DNA of 64,000 bases, from positions 71,424 through 135,423 of the forward strand of contig JAZKIQ010000004.1 in the NCBI GenBank assembly GCA_040384765.1. The letters run 5' to 3'. The notes beneath the pieces were generated by a model, which saw only the letters and a list, made by a program, of their open reading frames with translations, did not search any database and was not told the DNA's origin. Made by a program: the position numbers and the translations under genes. Shown here one piece after another: positions 38,739 through 47,340 of this stretch; positions within the stretch are counted from its first letter, which is position 1; every line of letters starts with the position of its first letter. This stretch comes from Patescibacteria group bacterium (GTDB lineage: Bacteria > Patescibacteriota > Minisyncoccia > Phycocordibacterales > JBBUBG01).

Positions 38739-38766
38739 TTGACAGTATCCATAGGTTTGCTAATAT
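38739..38766 (+). promoter_or_regulatory. Sigma70-type promoter upstream of rpsS
   Basis: TTGACA-16 nt-TAATAT with extended -10 TGn. Confidence 0.65.
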
Positions 38767-38803
38767 GCTTGTCACGCACTTTGCGGCTTTTTCTTTTGAA
38801 AAG

Positions 38804-39151
38804 ATGGCACGATCCCTCAAAAAAGGACCATATCTAGACCCTCGCGTTCTCAAAAAGATCGCAGGCAAGAAACCCGAAAGCACACCTCTCATCAAGACGT
38901 GGTCTCGGGCATGCCAAGTTTCTCCCGAGATGGTCGGGTTTCTCTTTGGTGTTCACAACGGCAAGATCTTTATCGAGGTGCGCTGCACCGAAGATATGGT
39001 AGGCCACCGCCTTGGAGAGTTTTCACCAACGCGCAAGTTTATCCGCCACGGTGGAAAGATGCAGAAGGAGCTTGAGCTGAAGAAGAAAGAGTCCGAGGTT
39101 GCAGCAGCAAAGGCCGCTAAAGAGGCGCCAGCTGCCGCACCGAAAAAATAG
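38804..39151 (+). CDS. rpsS: 30S ribosomal protein S19
   Basis: [34 protein letters not shown]; Ala/Lys-rich tail. Confidence 0.98.
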   Translation: MARSLKKGPYLDPRVLKKIAGKKPESTPLIKTWSRACQVSPEMVGFLFGVHNGKIFIEVRCTEDMVGHRLGEFSPTRKFIRHGGKMQKELELKKKESEVAAAKAAKEAPAAAPKK

Positions 39152-39163
39152 TTTTTATATCCC

Positions 39164-39508
39164 ATGGAAGTACGCGCATCACTCAACCGCTATCGCCAGT
39201 CTCCTCGCAAGGTCCGCCTTGTGGCTGCTGCTATTAACGGAAAGCGTGCTTCCGAGGCTCTCGTCTTTCTCGGCGTAACAGCGAAGCGTTCTGCTGGGCC
39301 AATCGCGAAGCTTGTATCGAGCGCCGTTGCAAACGCAAAGAACCGCCAGCTCGACATTGAGACACTCTATGTCAAAAGCGTTACGGTGAACGAGGGTCCA
39401 ACTCTAAAGCGTTTTATGCCCCGCGCCTTCGGCGTTGCAAAGCGCATCAACAAGCGTACATCGCATGTTGAGATCGTACTTTCAGACGAAAAGAAGGCAA
39501 AGAAATAA
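39164..39508 (+). CDS. rplV: 50S ribosomal protein L22
   Basis: SPRKVRLVA, SAVANA, GPTLKRFMPRAFG, KRTSH. Confidence 0.98.
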   Translation: MEVRASLNRYRQSPRKVRLVAAAINGKRASEALVFLGVTAKRSAGPIAKLVSSAVANAKNRQLDIETLYVKSVTVNEGPTLKRFMPRAFGVAKRINKRTSHVEIVLSDEKKAKK

Positions 39509-39512
39509 TTTT

Positions 39513-40172
39513 ATGTCGCATACAGTACATCCATACTCCCACCGCCTCGGCATTCTTCGTGACTGGAAGTCTCGCTGGTTTGGTGCGCGCGGCATGTATC
39601 AGAAATACCTCAAGCAGGATATTCTCCTTCGCGAGTTTCTCGAGCTCCGTCTTCGCGGCATGTATGTAAACTCTATCGAGATGGAGCGCGGCCAGAACAC
39701 GCTTCGCGTTATCTTGAAGACGTCTCGTCCGGGTATGATCATCGGCCGATCGGGGGAGGGCGCGCAGAAGCTCCGCAACGACATCATCAAGAAGCTCAGC
39801 CGCATCAAGGCTCCAATGCCAGGTGACGTTCGTATCGATATTGAAGAGGTTCGCGTACCGGAGGCTCACTCTGCGATTGTTTCTCAGATGATTGCTGAAC
39901 AGCTTGAAAAGCGGTTGCCGTTTAAGCGCGTGATGAAGCAGACGATCGAGAAAGTGCTTGCAAATAAAGGGGTGGCAGGGGTGAAGATCACTCTGTCTGG
40001 CCGTCTCGGCGGTGCAGAGATGGGGCGTGTTGAAACGCTCAAAAAGGGCCGTCTTCCGCTCCAGACCCTTCGCGCTGATATCGACTTTGCTCGCGAGAAG
40101 GCCCATCTTTCATACGGAGATATCGGAATCAAGGTATGGATTTACAAAGGTGATGTATTTCCTACCAAATAA
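39513..40172 (+). CDS. rpsC: 30S ribosomal protein S3
   Basis: RPGMIIGRSG, SGRLGGAEM, PLQTLRADIDF, GIKVWIY. Confidence 0.98.
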   Translation: MSHTVHPYSHRLGILRDWKSRWFGARGMYQKYLKQDILLREFLELRLRGMYVNSIEMERGQNTLRVILKTSRPGMIIGRSGEGAQKLRNDIIKKLSRIKAPMPGDVRIDIEEVRVPEAHSAIVSQMIAEQLEKRLPFKRVMKQTIEKVLANKGVAGVKITLSGRLGGAEMGRVETLKKGRLPLQTLRADIDFAREKAHLSYGDIGIKVWIYKGDVFPTK

Positions 40173-40178
40173 ACTGCC

Positions 40179-40598
40179 ATGCTTTTCCCTAAAAAAGTAA
40201 AACATCGCAAGTGGCACGTAATGCGATCAAATCCGAAGAAGAAGCGCGTAGAGACGCGTGGCACTACGGTTGCATTCGGTTCGTTTGGGCTGAAAGCGAC
40301 GACACCCGCTCGTATCAAGTCGACGCAGATCGAAGCTGCCAGGAAGGCAATGCAGCGAAACCTCAAGAAAGCTGGCCGTATCTGGATTCGCATCTTCCCA
40401 GACATGCCATATGTAGGGCGTTCGGGAGAGGTGGGCATGGGTAAGGGAAAGGGTGATCCCCAGGGATATGTCTTTCAGGTATGGCCAGGACGCGTACTTT
40501 TTGAGATCGACGGTGTTGATGATGCGCTTGCGCACGACACGCTGATGAAGGGGTCTGCAAAGCTCCCGTTAACTGCGCGCGTTGTTGCTCGAACATAA
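40179..40598 (+). CDS. rplP: 50S ribosomal protein L16
   Basis: QIEAAR, WIRIFPD, MGKGKG, KLP. Confidence 0.98.
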   Translation: MLFPKKVKHRKWHVMRSNPKKKRVETRGTTVAFGSFGLKATTPARIKSTQIEAARKAMQRNLKKAGRIWIRIFPDMPYVGRSGEVGMGKGKGDPQGYVFQVWPGRVLFEIDGVDDALAHDTLMKGSAKLPLTARVVART

Positions 40599-40604
40599 AC
40601 TACT

Positions 40605-40862
40605 ATGACTGCTACCCCCACAAAACGAGAGGCAAGAACAATGAAAGGCGTCGTCGTGTCCGACAAGATGGACAAGACGGTGGTTGTCGTTGTTGAGCGA
40701 TATGTTAAACACCCGAAGTACGGCAAATACCAGACGTTACGCAAGCGATTTAAGGCACATGACGAAGGAAATATGTACAAGACGGGAGACAAGGTAGTTA
40801 TTGCCGAGTCAAAACCAATTTCAAAAGATAAGTCGTTTGTTGTTGTTTCGAAAGCAGCTTAA
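40605..40862 (+). CDS. rpsQ: 30S ribosomal protein S17
   Basis: GVVVSDKMDKTVVV, HPKYGK, AHDE, KPISK. Confidence 0.98.
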   Translation: MTATPTKREARTMKGVVVSDKMDKTVVVVVERYVKHPKYGKYQTLRKRFKAHDEGNMYKTGDKVVIAESKPISKDKSFVVVSKAA

Positions 40863-40867
40863 TTGCC

Positions 40868-41236
40868 ATGATACAGCCACGATCCATAGTAAAAATTGCA
40901 GACAACACGGGCGCCAAGATCGGCCGCATCTTCAAGGTGCTTGGTGGATCAAAGCGTCGCTACGCTCGCATTGGCGATGTCGTTGTTCTCTCCGTGCAGG
41001 TTGCCGAGCCTCGCAAGGCCACAAAAAAGAAGGATGTGGTAAAAGCAGTTGTTGTTCGCTCGCGCAATCCGTACCGTCGCGCAGACGGCTCGTATGTTCG
41101 CTTCGACGAAAACGCAGTCGTGATCATCGACGCAAAGAAGGAGCCGATTGGCGGACGTATCTTCGGTCCTATCCCACGCGAGATCGTGGAGGCAGGGTAT
41201 CAGAAGATTGGCTCGCTCGCTCCTGAAGTCGTTTAA
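40868..41236 (+). CDS. rplN: 50S ribosomal protein L14
   Basis: ADNTGAK, FDENAVVI, RIFGPIPRE, SLAPEV. Confidence 0.99.
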   Translation: MIQPRSIVKIADNTGAKIGRIFKVLGGSKRRYARIGDVVVLSVQVAEPRKATKKKDVVKAVVVRSRNPYRRADGSYVRFDENAVVIIDAKKEPIGGRIFGPIPREIVEAGYQKIGSLAPEVV

Positions 41237-41245
41237 TGCACATAT

Positions 41246-41560
41246 ATGGCAGCTACACTTAAAAAATCAGATACGGTTATCGTGCTTTCAGGAAAGGATG
41301 CAGGAAAGAAGGGGAAGATCCTTCGTGTGTTTCCGAGCGATCACAAAATCTTGGTGGAGGGTGTCAACGAGCAGAAGCGCCACCAGCGCCCATCTAAGTC
41401 AAACCAGAAAGGCCAGATCGTCACAAAGCTTTCTCCGATTCATATCTCAAACGCGCTTTACTACTGCTCGAAGTGTGGCAAAGGTGTGCGAATGGGGGCA
41501 AAGATGATTGGAGATAAGAAGGTCCGCGCCTGCAAAGGCTGCGGCGTCGAGCTTGCGTAA
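41246..41560 (+). CDS. rplX: 50S ribosomal protein L24
   Basis: KOW motif VIVLSGKDAGKKG, VEGVN, PIHISN. Confidence 0.97.
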   Translation: MAATLKKSDTVIVLSGKDAGKKGKILRVFPSDHKILVEGVNEQKRHQRPSKSNQKGQIVTKLSPIHISNALYYCSKCGKGVRMGAKMIGDKKVRACKGCGVELA

Positions 41561-41616
41561 TATACCGAATAATCATGGAACCGGGCCAAGAGCTCCTAGT
41601 ACAGGATTGAAATACT

Positions 41617-42153
41617 ATGAAAAACGAACTGAAATCTCACTACATAAAAACGATCCCCGCCATCAAGGAGGAGCTTGGCATTAAGAATGTCATGGCCGTT
41701 CCAAAGATCACCAAGGTGGTGGTATCAACGGGCACGGGCCGAAATCGTGATAAGAAGCGAGCAGCACTCATTGTTGACCGTCTTGCAAAGATTACTGGCC
41801 AAAAGCCGGCTTCGCGCGGTGCCAAGAAATCGATCGCAAGCTTCAAGCTTCGCGAGGGTGAAATCATTGGATACCAGATTACTCTTCGTGGTGCTCGCAT
41901 GTGGAGCTTTCTCTCAAAGCTGATCAACGTGGCAATCCCACGTACCCGTGACTTCCGAGGTCTTGAGACAAAGGGAGTTGATGAGATGGGCAACTTCACG
42001 ATGGGTGTAAAAGAGCATATTGTGTTCCCAGAGAGCGCCGACGAAGATATCAAGGATGTGTTCGGAATCGCTGTTACCGTAGTAACGACCGCAAAGGACA
42101 AGAAGTCTGCAGAATCGCTTCTCCGAGCCGTAGGGTTTCCGTTTAAGAAGTAA
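41617..42153 (+). CDS. rplE: 50S ribosomal protein L5
   Basis: ITGQKP, KSIASFKLREG, PRTRDFRG, GFPF. Confidence 0.98.
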   Translation: MKNELKSHYIKTIPAIKEELGIKNVMAVPKITKVVVSTGTGRNRDKKRAALIVDRLAKITGQKPASRGAKKSIASFKLREGEIIGYQITLRGARMWSFLSKLINVAIPRTRDFRGLETKGVDEMGNFTMGVKEHIVFPESADEDIKDVFGIAVTVVTTAKDKKSAESLLRAVGFPFKK

Positions 42154-42167
42154 ATTGTATTAAAGAT

Positions 42168-42199
42168 AAAAGGGCCCGGATCTCGTTCCGGGCCCTTTT
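42168..42199. terminator. Bidirectional intrinsic terminator after rplE
   Basis: aaaagggcccgga-tctcgt-tccgggccctttt. Confidence 0.85.
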
Positions 42200-42200
42200 G

Positions 42201-42599
42201 CTATTCGTAGCCTCCCACCAGTTCCCATGTCTGGTTTTCGGCGCATTTCGGAACCGTACACTCGAACAGTTCTACGCTGACATACCTGCTGCGCACGCCT
42301 TCTTGAGGCGAGAGAAGTTCGAGTGTCTTTTTGCATTTCATGGCACGCAAATGTACTCGGCAGGGCGGCTTGAAGAACTGTTCGTTTCTTTCGACTGTGC
42401 ACTTCTTGCAGCCCTTGCGTAGACGCCACTGATGCAGAAAGTCGCTATCAGAACGCGATTCGATGGCGATGAAAAGACACTGCCATGCATGAGAACAGCT
42501 TGCTTGTAATTGCGCCAACTCTTCCTCGGCAGATGAGATCTCGCGTTTGGCGGCTTCTATTCTTTGCTTCTGTTTTTGTACCAGGTCGAAAATGGCCAT
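42201..42599 (-). CDS. Hypothetical protein, coiled coil + Cys/His motifs
   Basis: GGAGGA upstream; CSH, CKKC, CRVH, CTVPKC. Confidence 0.6.
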   Translation of the reverse strand: MAIFDLVQKQKQRIEAAKREISSAEEELAQLQASCSHAWQCLFIAIESRSDSDFLHQWRLRKGCKKCTVERNEQFFKPPCRVHLRAMKCKKTLELLSPQEGVRSRYVSVELFECTVPKCAENQTWELVGGYE

Positions 42600-42675
42600 T
42601 CTCTCCTCCAGGTTTGTCTTGTCGCTATAACTGCACAAGGTCAGGATAGGTTGTTTTTGTGTTACTATCGGGCGC

Positions 42676-43254
42676 ATGAACCTCGACTCGCTTCTTCGGT
42701 TTGTTGCGCTCACGCATGAATTTCAAAAAATAGAGCGCAAGCTGTATGTTGCCGGGCTGTCTCGCAAAGAGAATGATGTAGAGCACTCGTACCAACTGGC
42801 GCTCCTCGCGTGGTATGTAGTTTCAACGCAAAAGATTTCGCTTGATGTCGATAAGGTGATTCGGTATGCGATGGTGCATGACTTCGTCGAAGTGTTTGCC
42901 GGGGACACTTTTTTCTTTGGCGAGCGGAGTGGAAAAGAGGAACGCGAAAGGGAAGCGGCTTTGCGTTTACAGAAAGAGTATCCAGAATTTTCAGAGCTTC
43001 ACGAGTGGATCGCTGCATATGAATCAAAAGCCGACCCGGAAAGCCTGTTTGTGTACGCACTTGATAAGGTGGTACCGATTTTAAATATCTATCTTGATGG
43101 CGGGCGAACTTGGAAGGAGCATGGGATAACTTTCGAGCAGCTCTTTCTCAACAAACAAAAAGTGATTAACGAGCCTCGTGTACGAGTGCTTTTTGACGAA
43201 CTTATGGCTCGCCTTCGTGACGAAGCCCCGAGTCTCTTTCCCGAGGATAGGTAA
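42676..43254 (+). CDS. HD-domain phosphohydrolase (YfbR-like)
   Basis: ENDVEHSY, VHDFVEVFAGD, YALDK. Confidence 0.92.
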   Translation: MNLDSLLRFVALTHEFQKIERKLYVAGLSRKENDVEHSYQLALLAWYVVSTQKISLDVDKVIRYAMVHDFVEVFAGDTFFFGERSGKEEREREAALRLQKEYPEFSELHEWIAAYESKADPESLFVYALDKVVPILNIYLDGGRTWKEHGITFEQLFLNKQKVINEPRVRVLFDELMARLRDEAPSLFPEDR

Positions 43255-43513
43255 TACCTTGTTCATTTCATCTTTCTCCTCTATACTCATCCCGTGAGTG
43301 CAGCTCGAAATAATTCTTATTACGAGCAACACCTTCATGAAGAATTGTGCACAAGGGTCCTTGGTTTACCTCGGACCTTTCGTGTTTACAGGCACTTCAT
43401 GTATACTCTCTGGCGTGGGTCGTCTTTTGGCATAGGTCACGGCGACACTCACATTCACAATTTTTTATGGAGGCTTGTCCCGTGGCCTTTGCCGCGAGAT
43501 GACCGACAGAAGA

Positions 43514-43549
43514 AAAAGAAAAAATCCGCGCAAGCGGATTTTTTCTTTT
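43514..43549 (+). terminator. Intrinsic terminator
   Basis: aaaagaaaaaatccgc-gcaa-gcggattttttctttt. Confidence 0.8.
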
Positions 43550-43568
43550 GTATTTCCGGTAAGAATGA

Positions 43569-43738
43569 GCATTAAAAAATTTCGAGCATCTGCAGTCAGT
43601 TTTTAAAAGAAAGGAGATATGATTTCCGAAAATAGTGGTCGCACTACACGAAGTGAGTGCGGGAACCGCTTTTATTTTCGAGAAATCAGAGCGACAATTC
43701 TTTTTTAAATGACGAAGCCGCGAGAAATTTTTTAATGC
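43569..43738 (+). repeat. 170-nt long imperfect hairpin element
   Basis: Terminal gcattaaaaaatttc / gaaattttttaatgc; inner helices gtca/tgac, aaaagaa/ttctttt, tgattt/aaatca, cgaaaata/tattttcg, cgcact/agtgcg. Confidence 0.75.
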
Positions 43739-43863
43739 GAATGAAGTTTATCCACACTTTTCTGTAAAAAAATATTGTATGCATCGTCATCATGGTCGAT
43801 AATGAATGCATGGAGGTGACAACTGGTCGACGTCACCGAATGCATAAACGAATGATACGAAAC

Positions 43864-43926
43864 ATGGCAAAGAAAAAGGCAATGAAGAAGAAGGCAGCAA
43901 AGAAGACAACAAAGAAGCGCCAGTAA
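43864..43926 (+). CDS. 20-aa Lys-rich basic peptide
   Basis: MAKKKAMKKKAAKKTTKKRQ; candidate promoter TTGTAT-17-GATAAT upstream and a terminator downstream. Confidence 0.6.
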   Translation: MAKKKAMKKKAAKKTTKKRQ

Positions 43927-43938
43927 TTTGTTTTCTCT

Positions 43939-43972
43939 CAAAAAACTTTCCGGACATCCGGAAAGTTTTTTG
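43939..43972 (+). terminator. Intrinsic terminator
   Basis: caaaaaactttccgga-ca-tccggaaagttttttg. Confidence 0.8.
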
Positions 43973-44049
43973 TTTTCACTGAAGTAAGTGGAGGTTTTTA
44001 TAGAGACTGTCTTTCAAACAAAAATGTGCTAAAATGCCTCTTTAAGAAT

Positions 44050-46596
44050 ATGTCTTTCCTTTCATCACTTTTTGGCACTTCTCCCGAGCGCGCTATGCGT
44101 CTCTATAGCCCGACCGTAGAGAAGATCAATTCATATGAGGCAGGTCTTAAAGATCTGCCCGACTCTGCTTTCCCGGAGAAGACTGCTGAGCTCCGATCGC
44201 GCCTCGCAGATGGCGCTACCCTCGAAGATATCCTCCCTGAGGCGTTTGCTCTCGTGCGAGAGGCTGCGGTGCGCACGCTCGGACAGCGTCACTACGATGT
44301 GCAGCTGATCGGTGGCATCGTGCTCCATCAGGGCAAGATTGCTGAGATGCGCACGGGAGAGGGAAAGACTCTCGTTGCTACGCTTCCGGTATATCTCAAC
44401 GCACTTACAAAAAAAGGAGTGCACGTGATCACCGTCAACGACTATCTCGCTCGTCGAGATGCCGTCTGGATGGGTCAGGTGTATGCATTCCTCGGTCTTT
44501 CGACATCGGTGCTCAATCATGAGTCATCGTTTCTGTACGACCCATCGCACAAAGAGCTCGATGAAAAACGCGACGAGACGGCATCGTTTAAGATTGTGTA
44601 CGAATTCATGCGCCCCTGCACCCGTCGTGAAGCGTACCAGTCTGATATTACGTATGGTACAAACCACGAATACGGATTTGATTATTTGCGCGACAACCTA
44701 GCCTACGGAGAGTCGGGTCTCTCGCAAGTGTCTCCCAGTTCTACCGACGCGAGCGGCAATCATCACTTTGCTGTAGTCGATGAGATCGACTCTATCCTTA
44801 TCGACGAGGCTCGCACGCCACTTATTATTTCTGCCCCCGTTGCTGAGAGTGAGTCGCTGTATAAGACATTTGCTGATATCGCCACCAAGCTTCTGCCAGA
44901 GAAGCATTATGCGATCGACGAAAAGCTTCGTGCTATCACCCTTACCGAAGAGGGCATCGAGACAGCTGAGAAGATCCTGGGCGTAGATAACATCTATACC
45001 GACAAGGGGATCAAGTACGTTCATCATCTCGAGACTGCCGTGCGTGCCCGGGCGCTCTTTCACCTTGATAAGGAGTATGTCGTAAAAGAGGGTGAGGTGG
45101 TCATTGTTGACCAGTCGACAGGTCGCCTTCAGCCGGGGCGGCGCTGGAGCGAGGGGCTTCATCAGGCGATCGAAGCCAAGGAGGGGGTTTACGTCAAAGA
45201 AGAGTCGCGTACCTACGCCTCGATCTCGTTTCAAAACTATTTTCGCCTCTACAAAAAGCTTGCTGGCATGACCGGTACGGCGCTTACCTCGGCAGAGGAG
45301 TTTACCAAAGTGTATCGCTTGGAGGTGGTGCCGGTGCCGACGCATCGTTCGGTTGCGCGAGATGACCTCGATGATTTTATTTTCCAAACTGAGATGGGAA
45401 AGTATTCTGCCATCGCAAAAAAGATCAAGGAGGTGAATCTTCTGGGTCAACCAGTCCTTGTGGGAACGATCTCGATTGAAAAGAACGAGCTTCTTTCGCA
45501 GTTTCTCTCCCGCGAAGGGGTGAAGCACGAAATTTTGAATGCAAAAAATCATGAACGTGAAGGTGAGATCATTGCAAACGCTGGACGAAAAGGGGCGGTG
45601 ACCATTGCGACCAACATGGCGGGTCGCGGTGTGGATATCAAGCTTGGCGGCGCTCTCGCAAAGGAAGATGCCTACAGCGAAGTTCGATCGCTGGGCGGCC
45701 TTTTCGTGCTTGGCACCGAGCGGCACGAAGCACGCCGTATCGATAACCAGCTTCGTGGGCGCTCTGGTCGCCAAGGCGATCCAGGAGCCACGCAGTTTTT
45801 CCTCTCGCTCGAAGATTCCCTCATGCGCGTGTTTGCGTCGGACACTGTGAAGAGCTTGATGGGGAAGCTAGGCATTCCAGAAGACGAGCCGATTCAGAAT
45901 CGTCTTGTGTCGCGATCGATAGAGTCCGCGCAGGAAAAGATCGAAGGGTTTCATTTTGATGCACGAAAGCATCTTCTTGAATACGACGACGTAATGAACC
46001 ATCAGCGCAAGATTATCTATGAGCGCCGCAGAAAGATTTTGCTTGGAACATACGACTATCTTGAGGAGTTTCTCACTTCGATCACTGATGAAAACGATAC
46101 CGAGTTTCAGGCAATGCTTGGTGGCAAAAAGGATGCTATGGGACGCGAGAAGTTTTTGGATATGGTACGTAGCCTGACCCTGCAGTGTATCGACATGTAC
46201 TGGGTAGAGCATCTCGAGGCGATGGATCACCTCCAGCAGTCTGTACGGCTGCGTGCCTATGGCCAGCGTGATCCGCTGGTAGAGTACAAGCGTGAAGGTC
46301 TCGGGCTCTTTAAAAATCTTGAGTCGAGTATTTTTGCAGAAGTGGTGCGCCTGTTGCCGGGGCTTGGGGTTGAGCTTGCAAAGAGCGATGCCCAGACGCA
46401 AAAACTCGAAGAGGTGCATGCTCAAGCGGTGCTGATCGGCGGATCAAATACGGGAAATGTTGAGGACAAGGGGAGCGATGCGGAGCCCGGCCTCGGAAGG
46501 AATGACCTGTGTCCATGCGGCTCTGGCAAAAAATATAAGCATTGCGGGCTCAAGGAGACCGAAGAACACAAGCGACTGATTGAGGAGAAGGCGTAG
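44050..46596 (+). CDS. secA: Preprotein translocase subunit SecA
   Basis: EMRTGEGKT, VTVNDYLA-like motif, DEIDSILIDEARTPL, NQLRGRSGRQGDPG, SEC-C GRNDLCPCGSGKKYKHC. Confidence 0.99.
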   Translation: MSFLSSLFGTSPERAMRLYSPTVEKINSYEAGLKDLPDSAFPEKTAELRSRLADGATLEDILPEAFALVREAAVRTLGQRHYDVQLIGGIVLHQGKIAEMRTGEGKTLVATLPVYLNALTKKGVHVITVNDYLARRDAVWMGQVYAFLGLSTSVLNHESSFLYDPSHKELDEKRDETASFKIVYEFMRPCTRREAYQSDITYGTNHEYGFDYLRDNLAYGESGLSQVSPSSTDASGNHHFAVVDEIDSILIDEARTPLIISAPVAESESLYKTFADIATKLLPEKHYAIDEKLRAITLTEEGIETAEKILGVDNIYTDKGIKYVHHLETAVRARALFHLDKEYVVKEGEVVIVDQSTGRLQPGRRWSEGLHQAIEAKEGVYVKEESRTYASISFQNYFRLYKKLAGMTGTALTSAEEFTKVYRLEVVPVPTHRSVARDDLDDFIFQTEMGKYSAIAKKIKEVNLLGQPVLVGTISIEKNELLSQFLSREGVKHEILNAKNHEREGEIIANAGRKGAVTIATNMAGRGVDIKLGGALAKEDAYSEVRSLGGLFVLGTERHEARRIDNQLRGRSGRQGDPGATQFFLSLEDSLMRVFASDTVKSLMGKLGIPEDEPIQNRLVSRSIESAQEKIEGFHFDARKHLLEYDDVMNHQRKIIYERRRKILLGTYDYLEEFLTSITDENDTEFQAMLGGKKDAMGREKFLDMVRSLTLQCIDMYWVEHLEAMDHLQQSVRLRAYGQRDPLVEYKREGLGLFKNLESSIFAEVVRLLPGLGVELAKSDAQTQKLEEVHAQAVLIGGSNTGNVEDKGSDAEPGLGRNDLCPCGSGKKYKHCGLKETEEHKRLIEEKA

Positions 46597-46626
46597 GACC
46601 AACCAGAGATATAATCACGTACCACC

Positions 46627-47340
46627 ATGGAACTCAACCGATATGCGACACAGGAGGAGACGCAAAAGGCTGCTACAGCAGCTCTAAACGAGCTACTTCG
46701 CACGCGGAGCGGTTTGCCGACCCTTTTTCTCGGAGTGGGGGGTTCGTCGCTCGCGCTACTCGACGGGGTTGACCTCGCTCTTGTTGGCCCGCATCTCATG
46801 TTTGGTCTTGCAGATGATCGTTTTAGCCCAGACCCGAAGGTGAACAACTTTTCGTCGGCAAAGGCTGGCGCGTGGTACCCGAAGTGGGTCGAAGCGGGTG
46901 TCGGTATAATCGACTCCACGGTCTCAGGCGGCGAGAGCTTGCAGGCTTTTGCGACACGCATCGAGAGTGCGATTAAAAAGTGGCGGGAGGATCATCCCGA
47001 TGGAATGATCATTATGACCCAAGGCGTTGGCCCCGACGGCCATACACAAGGGATCATGCCGTTTCCTGAAAACCCTGCTCGCTTCAACGAACTCTTTCTG
47101 AACACCGAGCGATGGTATACCGATTATGATGCTACTGGCAAGAACCCGCATCCGCTGCGAGGTACCGTCACAGCCTCTTTTTTGCGCACGGAAGTAGCCG
47201 AGTCGATTGTATATATGACAGGGGAGGCAAAGCGCGATGCTCTCGAGCGCATTCTTTCTTCCGAGGGAACTCTCGCGGAAACCCCCGCACGCATTATTCG
47301 TGAAATGCCTGCTGTCACGATCTATACCGATATTAGATGA
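46627..47340 (+). CDS. 6-phosphogluconolactonase/NagB-like protein
   Basis: GGSS, DDRF, GVGPDGHT, GEAK, PA motifs. Confidence 0.75.
   Translation: MELNRYATQEETQKAATAALNELLRTRSGLPTLFLGVGGSSLALLDGVDLALVGPHLMFGLADDRFSPDPKVNNFSSAKAGAWYPKWVEAGVGIIDSTVSGGESLQAFATRIESAIKKWREDHPDGMIIMTQGVGPDGHTQGIMPFPENPARFNELFLNTERWYTDYDATGKNPHPLRGTVTASFLRTEVAESIVYMTGEAKRDALERILSSEGTLAETPARIIREMPAVTIYTDIR

Noticed and set aside
38549-38803. N-terminal extensions on rpsS, rpsC, typA, secA and pilC suggested by the ORF track
   Set aside because: They come from upstream alternative starts; conserved N-termini begin at the downstream ATGs used here.
43748-43756. Perfect DnaA boxes TTATCCACA (43748 plus; 4270 minus) as oriC
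   Set aside because: Isolated single boxes, no cluster and no dnaA/dnaN nearby; at most regulatory sites.
44698-45774. Long antisense or alternate-frame ORFs (e.g. 358 aa opposite secA, 326 aa opposite the cyclase, 260 aa opposite typA, 229 aa opposite tuf)
   Set aside because: Shadow frames of well-identified conserved genes, with no recognisable motifs of their own.
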